This document shows positions 1 through 14,900 of a DNA stretch of 64,000 nt, piece after piece; position 1 is the stretch's first letter, and each line of letters opens with the position of its first letter. Source of the stretch: Tubulanus polymorphus (taxonomy: Eukaryota; Animalia; Nemertea). The notes beneath the pieces were generated by a model, which saw only the letters and a list, made by a program, of their open reading frames with translations, did no database searches and was not told the DNA's origin. The DNA lies in NCBI RefSeq assembly GCF_964204645.1, contig NC_134033.1, positions 2,128,131 to 2,192,130 on the forward strand. Direction: 5' to 3'. A program made the translations under genes and the position numbers.

Positions 1-112
1 CGTATTGATAATTATCCATGATGACAGTTTCACCCATCAAAACCTTTTCAACTAACTTGGTTCGGAAATTTTTTTACTTCAATTAGATTTCTTTCTATTT
101 TTATGCGTACAG

Positions 113-3100
113 TTTTAAGTCGTTTTTCGAGATGTTGCAGTCGTTGAGGCATCATTTCCCGTTGAGCGACGCCGTCAAACAGAAAGCTACGGAAATGCAA
201 CGAAAATATTGCATCAGCGCGGCTTTGAACAGTAAACTAAACAGGTACGAGATCTTCTGTTGTCGGGTAACCTTCAATGTAGCTTGCAATAGATACACCG
301 GGTGGCGCTAGTGTGCAGTAGGACATTAACAACTGCGGCAATAAAGACTGATTTAGCTACGCCGTCTGAGCAGTGAAGTGTGGTTCCGATTTAAATCGTC
401 TGAATGAATTAGTTAGGAAAAAGTTTATTAGAATTTTGTCACCATTATAGAATGTGCCAAGAAATGTTTCTGAGCGAAGCCGATATTGAGAAAATTAATC
501 GCGATATTTGGACTCTGTTCGTCTGCGCTAAAGGTATATAGACCAGAAGGGAATGACCGCTCTGAATTACGAAAACAATTTTTTCCAAACTCTTAAGTTC
601 AATGGACGATGGTTTTTGTGTTTTCAGGAAATTTGCGGCAAGCGAATCAGGAGATCGTATCCGGATTTCATTTGTTGCTCTGCGTCATCGAGCAGATCGT
701 ACGCAAAATACCGTCGTTTCAACTGCAAGCTCCGTATGGTAATTATATTCACAGGATTTTAAGGAATTGTGAAAATTGTAATTCAGAGGCTGCGGTTGCT
801 GAAAAGTTGGTTACAGTTTTAACCAGTGGATAGTTGACATTAGTGACAATTGAGAATTCATTGTTACTCTGGGCCCGGTTTTATAGACTGGTATCATCTT
901 TAACCCGGGGGTTAACTCAATTGAATATGAATTGAGTTAGCCCTTGGGTTAAAGTTGATACCTGTCTATAAAACCGGCCCCTGGTATTTATCTGCCGGTT
1001 ATCTTTAACTAAACCAATCGTTTAGTGACTGTTTTCTTGAGAATCAGAAAAAGTCATGTATCTATTAATTTAATAAAAAACAGTCCCCACTGAGGAGGAT
1101 ATCTTAGAGTTTAATTACAGAATTACAATTTTTGGTGTCTCGTTTGTTCCCTTGACAAGAAACGGCCTCCACTGAGGATATCTTGCAATGCAATCAGGGA
1201 ATTCTAGGGTAGAGCCCTATCATAGAACAATTTGTTAGGGCCACTGGATTGATAAATGGTTTACAAAATTTGACCGATTTTCCGAACAATTCCTCACTGA
1301 TACATGATTTAATGTATTAAACAGATAGTTTGGTGAGAGTTGTAAATACGGTCGCCGCCACAGATTCGTGCGATGTCATTTTACAACAATTGTGCACGAC
1401 ATACGACGCGGACATCGGCGACGTACGGTTGTTACGTACATCGTTTTGGACGTCTTTTAAAACCCGTCTGCTCAAACCGGGTGGCTCCATCAATGTAAGT
1501 TTACCCCTATCGGTCTCATGACTTAACCCTTTCAGTGCTGACTAATCAATACCCTATAGTGCTTGTAAGTGGTAACTTTGGTTTCTTATAGATCGATGAA
1601 ATCAAAAAGATTTACGTCACTGAGTGTTACGAAAAAGAAGGCGATTTCAATGAATTGGAAATATTCCGTCTGCCAACCGCGTCGGAAGAGAATCAACAAC
1701 CGTCTCGAAATCAGTACGTACCGAAACTTGATTTAAAACGGGATTGATTCTTACAATATTGTTAATACATCGAGGCAAACATTAGAAAAAAAAAAAACTT
1801 GGTGAGGTTGGAAAACCTGGAAAACGCAGGGGACCGGAAAAAATTGTGATGAGATTCTGCTGCAGAGTCATGCAGGGAATTTGTCAATGGGGAAAAGTGG
1901 CCACCCTCATTGGGTAACTGAATATCAATTCTACTACCAGCAGTTCAAAAGTCGTTTTAATTGTCACACTGAATCAAGATTGAGTGGGACAAACATAGGC
2001 TACCCCTTGAAAGTATTTCTTCTAAAAGGATTGAAAATGATTTGTTTCAGATGCGAAACAGAAACCGCGGATGAAGAAGAGGCCGACGCGCACGTGGTCC
2101 CGGAAACGCCGGTCAGGTCGGCGTTATCTTCCGTTTCACGGTTAAAGAAACTCGTAGGAGATTATTCGGCGGACTCTTGTTCGGACTGTCGAAAACTCCG
2201 GGTAATTAATGAATGACCTTCACCTCTTTACAGTCTCGGTAATGAAATACAGTCGATACTTGGTTATCAAATCATCATCGAATAAGTCTTCGTTATACTC
2301 AATACGTGTATTTGTAATGGGATACCGGTACTCACCAGATGGCGCAACAAAACGCTAGGTCATTCGTGGTGATAATCAGTTCATTTTCAATGAAATTTGA
2401 ACTTGATTTTTTCAAATTCAAAAATTATCGAACAAGTCATCAGATTGATATAAGATTTCCATTCTCGCTAGACGCATTTCGTATTGGAATTTCGCTGAAA
2501 ATTGATTTTTTACTTATCAGAAACGTTGACTCGGGGATTTAATTTAAATGTAGAAAAAAAATTGAAATGCGGTAACCCAGTGACCACTAGAGCGACACCT
2601 GGTGGAATCCTTGCCACGGTAGAATTGCCGGTAACCCAATTGGATGATAATTCGTCAATGTTAAGATGTTTTTAAGATGTTGTTTTTCACCAACTCAGAT
2701 GACTGATAATCAGTTCATTTTCAATGGAATTTGAACATGATTTCAGAAAGATATAAGATTTCCTTTCTCTCTCAGCATATGGTATAGAATTTCGCTGAAA
2801 ATTGATAAACTTATCAGAAAAATGGACTCGAATTTGATCGGTAACTCCGATGACTAAATCATCTTTCACTGTATAATGTTTTTCGAATTGTTTTCCTGAT
2901 TTTACAGAGTTGTTCGCAGGTCGAAGCAGACGCCATTTCTCGTAGAGTCGACGAATGGCAGACGACGTTCGTCGAGAATTACTCGGCGACATTGACGGGC
3001 GACAGGTCTCGGGCAGACGGACGCTTCAATACGGCGCGAGCGCTGACGTTCCGAGTTCTGGACGTTTTACTCGCGGATTCGAATTCTCCGAACGAACGCG

Positions 3101-6100
3101 ACGTAATTTTGAACAATCGGATGTTTTTGAAATCGTTGCTGGCGTGCGTCGTCGAGGTCGTCTTATCGACGTATTCGCAAAGTAAGTCCGTCTGCTGAGG
3201 ACAACGGCTGAAAAATGATATAACTTGTTTCTCCTAATCGGCTAGGTCATTTTAATTTGTAAACCGCGATAAAATTTGTAACAAGTTCATAGCTGTCGGG
3301 TCTGTTATTGTTAGCCCGATCATGATTTTCAAAAGATGAAGGTTTTAAGGTACAGGGTCGATAGGTGGCCAGATGGTGAGAAACAAAGAATCAATTTTGT
3401 TAAGCCCAATTTAAAAAGAATTTTTCCGTTAATTCCATCCATTTCAACCTTTAGTTTAAGATTAAGGAGTTGAAATTAATAAATTTTCATTCGATTTATA
3501 CTTTTCTAGGGAGTTCGACGCTCATGTCGCCCGGTAATAATTGTGATCTGTTAGCGTTTCCGTGGATACTGCGCGTATTCGAATTGAAAGCGTACGATTT
3601 CTATAAGATCATCGGACAGTTCATAAAAGCCGAGCCCGAACTCGACCCGGAGAGAGCGAAGGTTAGTTCCGAAAGTGGGAAGTGAGGATCCACCGGGCGT
3701 GGCCTATAAATACAAGTTTTTGGTCGATTAAAAATCGTATCATTTTGACTAAGGTTATTATATGAAAGATTTTATGACTCTCCTACCGAGAGCTATTAAC
3801 CAACAAACAAAGTTATGAAATCTTTAATAGTAGTTAAATCTTTATCAATGTGTGTACTACACTATGGCAGATGATCCAAAATTACAAATCTTAACAAAAT
3901 AATTTGATACAAATTATAGAGATATACTAATTATAGAGATGTGTTTGTTAGTAGCATTGCGTAATTACTGTGTCTGACACACACTGCTTGTTGTTGAGTG
4001 ATCTTTGATGACTGTTTGGACGGGTGTCATCGCAGTTTGTGATGAGTTCACAGTTTGTACGTACACCTGTCCTGGCATGTCCTCGACGACCACTCAACCG
4101 GGGCTATAAATAAAGGGGTGGGTTTAGATAAGGGTGTTGAGCTTATTTCGGGATGGAGTCAGTCAGAGTCAGAGCTCAAAGATTCGTATTGCCGCCGGTA
4201 AGAAAAGAGATTGTCGATTAAGAGTTATTAACTACTATATTCTGGCTGATATTGGATATGCAGTCAAACCTGCTTAATCCGGATCAGCTTAATCCGGATT
4301 TTGGTTCAATCCGGATGATATTTGCAGTGCATTTGTTCATTAATACACAAGAAAATTACTTATTCTTGATTTCCCAAAAACTGGATGACATTTGTTGGTC
4401 CCAAATGATCCGAATTGAGGGGATTCTACTCTATAAGGAATTATTGCATAGGCTACCTTCTGCTCGTTGCGATTCCTTAAAACGCCATCTGGTGGGGAGT
4501 GCGGATACCTCGTGGCATTAAGATCGTAAATCGACGATAATTGGATCTATGATGAATCGGTAAAAGGTTTGATGATGTGTTGCGTAACGACCTTCGAATC
4601 ATTGTTTCATCCGACACCGGTATATCCGTTTATCGTACAGACCTAACCGAAGCCATTGTTAGCGCGCTCTCTGTTTTTCCGCGGATATACAGAAAAGCCG
4701 GTCGGATCGCGGTATTCACGGCGGCGTCCGCTCGAGACTCGCGTCGAACGCCGTCTGGTACTAACCGACTACATTGTTGGAAATTTTTTTTTCGAAATCA
4801 TTTTCATTTCGTCGTCACCAGTCATAACGTTCTCATATCGAAACCGGTGTCCGATGGGGATGGTTCAGAGGTCGGTGGCCATCTTTGATGACAATAGCAT
4901 TCTGAGATCAAACTCTAAAAATATTTGAATTTTTGCGCGATTGACTCCTTGTTCTTTTGCGATTCATTTTCTACTGGGGCTGTTAGACAAGTTTTAAGTT
5001 GAACCGATTCTGTCCATTTATGGCCAATGATTCTGAATCAAAGAATCTTAATTTTCGAGAGAAATTTTCAAGGATTTTTAGAACATTTTTAAAGAAGAAA
5101 ATTGATATTTACAAATGTTTCGTTCCAGCACCTTCTGCAGTTGGAGGAAAGAATATTAGAATATTACGTCTGGCTGGATGTAAGTCGACTGTGAACTTTT
5201 AATGGAAATCCTAAAAAATATCCTTTGAAAAATCAGGGAAATTTCATGATTATTTTCGTTTTCATGTTATTTCCGCTCTGTCAGGATTCTCCTGTTTGGT
5301 CGGTGATCAAGAATACTTTGGACCCGACTGAAAATGCTGCGAATTCCGATTCTCGGAATCGACTCGAATCTACGGATGAGATGGAAATCCCCGAGAAGCA
5401 GACGGACGAGGAATCGTCGTCCGTACAGTGCTGCCACCATCCCGTCAATGCTAAACTATCAAGTGCCAAGCAACCGGAGCCGTCTGTCATCATTAAAGAA
5501 ATATCGCATTCGTTGAATTATTTTTACAACAAAGGTTAAAAATTATCCTGATACAAAAACTGTAAAAACAATCAAGCAAGACGCGAGTTTTATTAAAAAT
5601 GGTTTAAAATTGTCTTTTTGTAGTCGGTAAAGTTGCTTATAGTCGCCTTCAAACCCTTGCCGCAAAATTAGACATTTCATCAAACTTAGTAAGTCATATA
5701 TAAAGAGTTGTTAACTTCGCAAAGTTTCTCGAAATCGTAAGTTACCGGTTTTGACTTTTCGAAAATGTTTGTTTCAGTCGATGAAGATTTGGAGATGCGT
5801 CGAAAACGTGATCGTGCAACGTTCGGATTTACTGCGTAACAGACATTTAGATCAGGTACGCGACCGACCCGATTAAATAAAGACGTCTGCCTCCTTTAAT
5901 CCCCCTATGACATCATCAGTTTGCTCGCAACGATTTGTAGATTGTTTTGTGCGCCGTTTACGGAGTTTGTAAAATCTCAGACGAAGAGCGAAAATTCAAG
6001 ACGATCGTGAACGTTTATAAAGACGTGCCGCGAGCGTCTTCGAAGGTACGACCCCCTCAAAATACAATTTCAATCAAATTCTCTATAAAATTTATTTCGA

Positions 6101-8288
6101 ATCGTCGTTGATATTTTCGTCGACAGGTTTATCGAAATGTTTTGATCGACGACGCCGTCTATGATTCGATTATTACGTTTTATAATCGTGTGTTCGTCGC
6201 GAGTATGAGAGGGTATCTGAGCCGTCTGCTTCAGCAACGCGACACCAGTGAGGTTAGTCTGGGCGAGGTCAGTCCGGGAGGGATCAGTCAGGGTAAGATG
6301 GGATCTCAATGAGGATGAGATCAGTCCAGTTCGGGTCAAGTCAGTCAGGGTCAGGCTTAGTCAGGGCGAGTGCAGTTAGAAAACTAAGAAGACAGTTAAC
6401 TTGGCTTAAATGTACTCCTTTTTCAATCGACCCTTTTCATTTGTAGGAAAATTCTCCAGTAGTTTACAACAACATGGAATCCCAAACTTACTCGTAAGTT
6501 CAGCAATAATATTCCGAAAAGACTTAACTCCTCTTTCGAAAAAAGAATTTCTTTCTTAAAAGGAAATTTAAGCTTAAACCGGATAGTTTAGATTCATTTG
6601 AACAAATTATTTTCATCAATCGTTTTAAAGGTTGTCGGGTCAAAAGAATTTCTACATTTCCCCGTTACGGCAGAAGGCGGCGGCGGCAAGCGTTGGTGGT
6701 GGAGACGAGGGTGACTTCAAGACTCCGTTGACTCCGAGTAGAATGACTCCGAGGACTAGAAAACTTTACAGCTTCGGCGAACGTATCGGCGTAAGTCTAC
6801 TGCACACTAGCGACACCTGGTGCAGGGTTGTGCCACTGATCTGGAAAACCAGGACAACTCAGGGAATCAAAAAAACAAACACAGAGAATTTTACAAGTTT
6901 AGTTTTAGCAAAAAAAAACCTGGACAAAAGGGAATCAGGATATTGCTATCAAGCCCATGGAACTCTGAGAATCAAGGAAATCTAGACAAAATATGGGACT
7001 GCTCAGGGAATTAGAAAAACCTAGTCAAAATCAGGGAAAACTCGGGGATTTACCAAATTTTTCAAAAAAAGTACCCGGAAAACTCAAGGAATTTTTATAA
7101 TGTTATTGACCACGTGTTTCTTCATCTGTACGTGATTCAATGATAAATGAATGAATTGTAAATATTTTAAACCTAGAGAATTCTCTGATTCATTCAAGGG
7201 GAATTGTGTGTAATCACATGGAAAAATCAGGGAAAATGGCAGGGCATTTGGAAATGGATAGAAAGTGGCACCACCCCACTGTTGCTACAGTCATTGAAAA
7301 TCCACCTGTTCGGAATTTGATCTATTTTCTGGTTTGAATTTCCTTTCAGCCGTCGGCGGACGTTCTGCGCAGCATCAACGAAACGATGGGAACGATTCGT
7401 CGAATACAACTCCACGATCGGACGCCTCGTAAAAGTCACAAACGTCTTAAATTCGACGACGAACCGTGAGTTAATAACTGCGACTCCTAGATTCCTTAAA
7501 AACTCCTTTCAAAACAGAAAATACTTTTAAATCTGATGAAAACTCCTTTGATCTGGGCAAAATACCTTAAACTCCTTAAAAACTCCTTGAGGCAATTAGA
7601 AATGTTTGTCAACAGAATGTGACCTTGACCAGTGACAGTCGTCTGCGAATCAGGGAAAGGTCAGGGAATTTGATGATATTGTTAGATCACGAGTAAAATC
7701 AAACAGTTTCTGTCTATGTGTTACGTATTTGACTGTGTTAATTGATTGAATTTTTAGCAGATCAACTCAGGGAAAACAACGTGCATGTCAGGGAATAGTC
7801 AGGAAAAAAGCATGTCAGATAAAAGTGGCCATGGCCACCATGCTCGATTTATTGAAATGAAATGTTTCAATCTTACCCGTATCTTTCATCTTTCACTCTT
7901 CCAGGTCGAATTCAAGCGATTTACAAGCAGACGGATTTTGTGTGACATCGTGGCCTGTCAATTTAAATAAAGGTTTGTTTAATCCACGGTATTTGTGATA
8001 TGAAGTAGTGCAGACGCTCCTTCGAAATTTGAAATTTTATCCTTTAAAGTTGCTTGAAAATACAAATGACTGATCCGTAGGGACCCTACATTTGATATCG
8101 AAACCCAGTTGCACTTAAAACCTAGTCCTATGAAGTTAGAATTTATATATTTCCTATTCTATAGAATCTGAACAGCGAAACTGGGGTCCTGCGTAAAATC
8201 TTGCGTAAAATTCATGTCGATACAAAAATATCTTACCGCTTTCTTTTTCACTTCAGTGCCACCTGGTGGAGACCAAGAGAACAAATAA
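113..8288 (+). CDS. RB1: Retinoblastoma pocket protein, RB1-like (5'-partial; start lies upstream of the window)
   Basis: GT-AG exons approx. 113-244, 451-533, 628-738, 1326-1494, 1592-1713, 2051-2201, 2908-3181, 3510-3661, 5129-5179, 5285-5534, 5624-5688, 5778-5855, 5941-6045, 6127-6252, 6447-6493, 6631-6790, 7350-7465, then tentative 7905-7972 and 8257-8288 (alternative stop TGA at 7467-7469). Peptides match RB motifs: IWTLFVCAKG, FHLLLCVIE, PETPVR, KSLLACVVEVVLSTY, FPWIL..FELKAYDFYKII, RNRHLDQIVLCAVYGVCK, YDSIITFYN, FYISPL, MTPRTR, KRLKFD. Confidence 0.9.
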
Positions 8289-8930
8289 GCTCGAGTTCTC
8301 GAAGATGGATCTGAACTTCACCGCTGATTTGTTATTGAATATATTTCTGAAAGAAAAGAATGTTTGTTATACTTTAAAAAAGTTTGTGTTAAGAATGAAA
8401 TGTAAATGAATAATGCACACATTATTGTATAGATGATACATTGTACCAAATAGTTTTGGTAGATCTTTATTTTAGTGCCTGAAATAAGTGGAAAATTGAT
8501 TTTTTTGTAAAAGAGAAATTATCAAACACACCTGTTAAGATTGATTGAATCCAATTGATGGACTTCTTAATTGTCTCACGTTCTTAGCGTACATATTTTT
8601 GTATAAGCTTTTCATATAATTTGGTGGCAATAAACTTTTTATGAACTTGTTTTTTATGAATAAGCTAATGCGTCGCTCGTTTTTTGGATTTTTTTCTGTA
8701 CGAGCGGGTTGTTTATTCAGGAAGGCGTTCACTGATGAGGTGGTTGGTTACGAAGTATCCTAGGAAAAAAATGTTTGAATCAACTCTGAAATAAACTTGG
8801 GATTCGAACCTGCTTGAATGAAAGAACAATGGCGGCTGATTCAAGTGTGAAGTAACGAAATTTTTCACGCTTCGTGAATTTTGGAGACGCTGTTTTGTAT
8901 TCCACGAACAAAAGAGAGAACGAGGGGATA

Positions 8931-11900
8931 ATGGAAGTCGTATTGTTCGCCGGAATAGTTTGTTTAAGCTTTTTGCAGACGGGTAAGCTTGATATTTCTG
9001 CGGATTTGAAGATAAATCTAATAATCAAATAGACGACGGCACCACGCGTCGCTTCCAATTCCATCCATGGCTACTTCGTACCGATTCTTTAAATTACAGT
9101 CTATAACAGACTGACGAGCCCCTTTTTTCCGGATTGCCTATTAAAGTCATTATGAAACAATATTAGAGAGAAGCCCAAACTCCACTTACTTATACCCAGT
9201 CTGACAGCCACTGCTGTGCAGTTGGTGTCCTGCAATCTGCATTTCAATCAGCTTAATTTCTTCTTAAAGTTAAACCAAAACAAACATGGATATTGTCTTT
9301 AAGTTGTAGCAGTGGCCTACCCCCTTCTTGGCTCTTAAACTCCAACGTATTTCATTCAATTTGCCCCCAACCTGAATATATCTGCATATTAGTTTAATTT
9401 TTTTTTCAAATTTCAGCTGCTCTCGACGTCTGCCGCCAATACCCGTGTCACGGTGGGGCGAAATGCGTCGTTGAAAGTTCTGGGTTTTCCCGAATTTGTC
9501 AATGTTCCGAAAATTCCGTCTATAATTACGGTCAAGGAAAATGTGAACCAAAAAAAGTAAAACCTCCGACAGTTTGCGAGCAATACCCGTGTCACGGTGG
9601 GGCGAAATGCGTCGTTGAAAGTTCTGGGTTTTCCCGAATTTGTCAATGTTCCGAAAATTCCGTCTACAATTACGGTCAAGGAAAATGTGAACCAAAAAAA
9701 GTAAAACCTCCGACAGTTTGCGAGCAATACCCGTGTCACGGCGGGGCGAAATGCGTCGTTGAAAGTTCTGGGTTTTCCCGGATTTGTCAATGTCCCGAAA
9801 ATTCCGTCTACAATTACGGTCAAGGAAAATGTGAACCAAAAAAAGTAAAACCCCCGACAGTTTGCGAGCAATACCCGTGTCACGGCGGGGCGAAATGCGT
9901 CGTTGAAAGTTCTGGGTTTTCCCGAATTTGTCAATGTCCCGAAAATTCCGTCTATAATTACGGTCAAGGAAAATGTGAACCGAAAAAAGTGAAACCTCCG
10001 ACAGTTTGCGAGCAATACCCGTGTCACGGCGGGGCGAAATGTGTCGTTGAAAGTTCTGGGTTTTCCCGAATTTGTCAATGTTCCGAAAATTCCGTCTACA
10101 ATTACGGTCAAGGAAAATGTGAACCAAAAAAAGTAAAACCTCCGACAGTTTGCGAGCAATACCCGTGTCACGGCGGGGCGAAATGCGTCGTTGAAAGTTC
10201 TGGGTTTTCCCGGATTTGCGTGTGTCCGCTCGCCAATCAAAAATACGAATACAGCCGCGGAGTTTGTAAAGCGCCACCTGTAAAGAAATTAACCGTCTGC
10301 CAGCGATACCCGTGCCACGGCGGCGCGAATTGCGTCGTCGAGTCGTCCGGATTTTCCCGAATTTGCGTCTGCCCGCGAAAAGGCGCCGTTTATAGCTATA
10401 CCCGAGGCGTCTGCGTCCCGCCGAAAATCACGTCCACGACGCCCGTGACGACAACCAACAATGAGCCGGTCTCTTCCGCATTACCCACGATGACCGAAAC
10501 GGAGTTTGTTTCCACTCGCGGAAAAGTAGTCGATTCCGAACATCAGATTTGCCAGAAACACCGATGTAAGGGCGGGGCGAAGTGCGTCGCGGAAAGTTCC
10601 GGGATTTCCCGAATTTGCGTCTGTCCCGAAAAAGATTTCGTTTACGATTACCGAAAAGGATTTTGCATAGGTCCGAAAGTTTCTACTGCGACAATCGTAT
10701 CCAAGCCAATATCGGTGAATGCAGAAGGATTGCCACGTCGGACGACAACAGTTGCTACAGCACGGAATGAACCGGTTGCGAAAGTTCCGTCTGACAGAGT
10801 TGTAAAGGTGCCTCATATCCGGACAACTTCTCGACCTCTCGCTACAACAGAGATGGCTGAAGAAAGTGTGGTGACTTACAGCGAGGAAGAAGTGGAAATA
10901 ATTCCTGAAACCATCACACCGAAATTTAAAGTTTTTAGAGATTTTGAGGATGCTGAGTCTGTTACTATAAAGACAGTGGAAGATGCTTCTAGACATGAAC
11001 CTGACATTCCGGAAGTCGAGGGCGTGGAAATTGAAAATAAGATGGAAAATCCAGAATCCGAAGAAGTTGTGATTGATAATGAATCTGATGTGGGAACTAC
11101 TGCTAAAACTGGTGAAGAAATTGCAGAAATTCCTGAATTTGTTACAACTGAAATTCCGGAGATTCCTGAAGATTTCGACGTCGATAACGAGATTTTTATC
11201 GATGAAACAATGGCACCGGTTACCGAGCAAGAACTGGAACTTTTTACCGAAGCCACGCAAATAATATCCGAGTCGGAAGGACCGGGAATTGATGATGAAG
11301 TTTTAGAATCTCAGCACAAAGGAGAGCGGAGTGAGCTGGAAGGATCTGAATCTGTAGAGAACACAATTTCTGAAGTTCCGACTATGAAAACTGTACTACC
11401 AGAGGTTGTTACTCGAGGTGGTGATATACCTGAACTATTGACAGAGGCCACAAAAGGGATATCTGATTTGAGAGAGGCAGAAAATGAAGAAATAGAGAAT
11501 ATTGAAAATGTTGTAACGATTAAAAGTGAAGCTGAAGTTGTAACTGAAATACCTGAACTATTGACAGAGGGGAGAGAGGCAGAAACAGAAGAAGAAATTA
11601 CTGAATCCCAAATCGAAGTCCAGACTGTAAAAGTCGTACCTGAGGTTGTGAAGAGTGAAGAAATCCCCCCGTTCAAAGGGATTGAAAATTCGAAACAGGG
11701 TATAGAACCTTCGGTGACCAATATTGAGGATGTTACCCCTCAAAATAGTGAAGAAATCTCCGAGTTTGAGATTGATAATACGGCTGGATTGTCTCAATTT
11801 TCAGCAGTAGGTCAAACTGCAGTTACTCAACATGGAGAAATTGTCAAAGACACAGACGTAAATGTCGAAACATTACCACCTGAGTTAGTAACACTGCATG

Positions 11901-14900
11901 AAGAGTTTGGTGAGGTTGTTACCCCTCAAAATAGTGAAGAAATCTCCGAGTTTGAGATTGATAATACGGCTGGAGTGTCTCAATTTTCGGCAGTAGGTCA
12001 AACTGCAGTTACTCAACATGGAGAAATTATCAAAGACACAGACGTAAATGTCAAAACATTACCACCTGAGTTAGTAACACTGCATGAAGAGTTTGGTGAG
12101 GACGTGGAGGAAATTTCTGAACCGAAAGAAAAAGTTGAAAAAATGAAAACTTTCACTGAACCCGGTGAAATTATTGAGAATTTACCCGAGGAATTCGAAG
12201 CAGAAAGTACAACCGCGATTGGAGGTCAATACGAGTCTGAGGTTGTGTCTGAACACGCTGAAGTGGAGCCCGGTTTAGGGATCGATAATATCGAAGAAGA
12301 GGGCGCTGCTTTAGGTCAACTCGAAGTAAATTTGAAACCTATTCGAGATGAATCAGCAACGAAAGTTTCGCAATACGAAGGAATCAATGAACTTATCGAT
12401 GAACATGAGCCCAGAGCTGTTACAAAGACACCAACAGAAGATGAAATCGGGGTGAAAATTGAATCTGAATTCAGTAGGAAATTTATAGCATCAACTCCTC
12501 AGACGTTCGGACGAAGAAAATCGACAAGAGTTCCATATCCATCGATGAAAGTGTCTACAATTGTTCCTAAGGTGCAGCAGACGGCCTCTGAGCAGACGGC
12601 TACTGAGCAGACGGCTACTGAGCAGACAGCTCCTGAGCTGACGGCTTCCAAGCAGACGGCTTCTGAGCGGACGTTTACTGGGCAGACGGCTGCTGAAGAG
12701 GTTGATGATGATTCGTCTGGTGCCTTACCCCGGAATCAGATTATGACGAATGAAGGCAATGTTTTTGAAGAAGAACCGCTTGAAATCGAACTCGGACAAT
12801 TAACAACTGTTGAAGAATCTGAATCAGATTTAGGAACGACTGTTGCATCATCGCGTGTGAAATCCTCGACAGTAGCGTGTAAGGTCGAGAACTCAGAAGA
12901 ATCTTGCGTCGCTGAGTCGAAATCCCCGATTCCGACGGCGATCGGCTACTGGTCTCTAAACCGAGCGGCAGACGGCACGAGAGATCTGTCCGGAAACGAG
13001 CACGATATGATCGCTGCGGACGGCGCCGCGCTTGTCGAAGGTTGCGGACCCCAGCGTAACTGGACATACTACGAACTCGCCGGCTCGGGACAATACCTGA
13101 AAATCGTCAACGACGACTCCGCTTTGACGATGAACCGGAGAAACTTTACGTTCGTCGCGTATTTCAAATTCGAGAAGCCGTTACGCGACGCGCCGTTGTT
13201 CGAATGGTACGAAGCAACGTACGGGGTTCACGTTTGGATCGTGAACGGTCGATTTTACGTGAATCTGTTGAGCGTCGAGCGCACGACAATGACGACGGCG
13301 ACTCGGTTCTACCACGGCGCCCCGGTCATCCCCGACGTGTGGACTTTCGTCGCGCTCACCTACGATCGTTCCATCGGTCGAATGAAGTTCGTCATCGACG
13401 GCGCCGTCGAAACGCACGACGTCGGCGTTTACGAAATCGATACCGCCGGCGACATCTATATCGGGATGACTCCCGGTCGTCTGCCGTCCCTGCACGGTGG
13501 CGTCACCTGTGTGCAGCTGTACGATGTCGCCCTCAATTCGCAGAAACTTCGACGTATCAGATGGAAATGTCAGCGAGGTAAGTTTTCGATATTAACAAGA
13601 TAATTCACTTAATTCGGATCACTAATTTTGCGTACTTGAAATATCAGGTGTATGTGATAAATGGACGACTTCTTGATTCAATTAGTTAAGAAAATGGCAA
13701 CATTCTCGGCCAGACTGAATTCAAATTTGAAATTCTACTTTCAATCTCTGTTGGGCAAAACTTTCTTACTCTAGTTCGAAAATTTTGAAGAAAAGTCAAA
13801 TCAGATTCGTAAACCCTTTTGAGTCCAGTTTTGACACTAAACTGTAGAACTGGGATTAATTTGAAGATCGATGATTTTTGTTGCAGATCAAATGTTGTCT
13901 CGTGCCGTCCCGAAAACAACGACTATCTCCGAAAGACGTCAGTCTGCCACAACCAGACATCCGTCTGCCACAACCAGACATCCATCAGCCACGAACACAC
14001 ATCCGTCTGCCACAACTGAACATCCCTCTGCCAAGACTAGGCATCCATCTGCCAAAACTAAACATCCGTCTGCCACAACCAGACATCCGTCTGCCACAAC
14101 TAAACATCCGTCTGCTAAGACAAGGCATCCGTCGGCCACAACCAGACCTCTGTCTGCCACAACTAAACATACATCTGCTACAACCACACATCCGTCTGCC
14201 CCATCAACTTTAACTTCTCGTGTTATCGATTTTATCTACTCAACAATCTGGCCGTTGGTCGATGAAACTTCAAAGAAATCAAGTGAAAACGATGCTAGTC
14301 GTCGACAAGGTCAGATTCCCTCCGATTTTTCTGAAACCGTTGAACCTGAAGAGGGCTCGGGTGAAGACACGGCAACAATTAGAATAGCATCGCAGAGTCG
14401 AACAGAAGAAGGGTCTGGATCGAAAGGATTCTTTGAAAAATCTGATCTGGTGACCGAGAGTATTGAAATACCCGGGACTGAGAGCTATTCTGAATTATGG
14501 ATGGGAAAAAACACAGAAATCAAGGCGGATGAGACAACTGAACTGCTGACTGAGGTGCCGAGCGAGGTTTCGACTGAGGTGCCAAGTGAGGTTCCGACTG
14601 AACTGCCAACAGAAGTACCAACTGAACTGCCAACAGAAGTACCAACTGAACTGTCAACAGAAGTACCAACTGAACTGTCAACAGAAGTACCAACTGAACT
14701 GTCAACAGAAGTACCAACTGAACTGCCAACAGAAGTACCAACTGAACTGTCAACAGAAGTACCAACTGAACTGCCAACAGAAGTACCAACTGAACTGTCG
14801 ACAGAGATGCCAGCTGAGCTACCAACTGAAGTACCAACTGAGGTTCCTAATGAGGTCTCAACTGAGGTACCAACTGAGGTACCAACTGAGCTGCCAGAAC

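Noticed and set aside
9270-10277. Two long antisense ORFs (335 and 275 aa)
   Set aside because: Shadows of the 144-bp coding repeat: a stop-free unit stays open in every copy.
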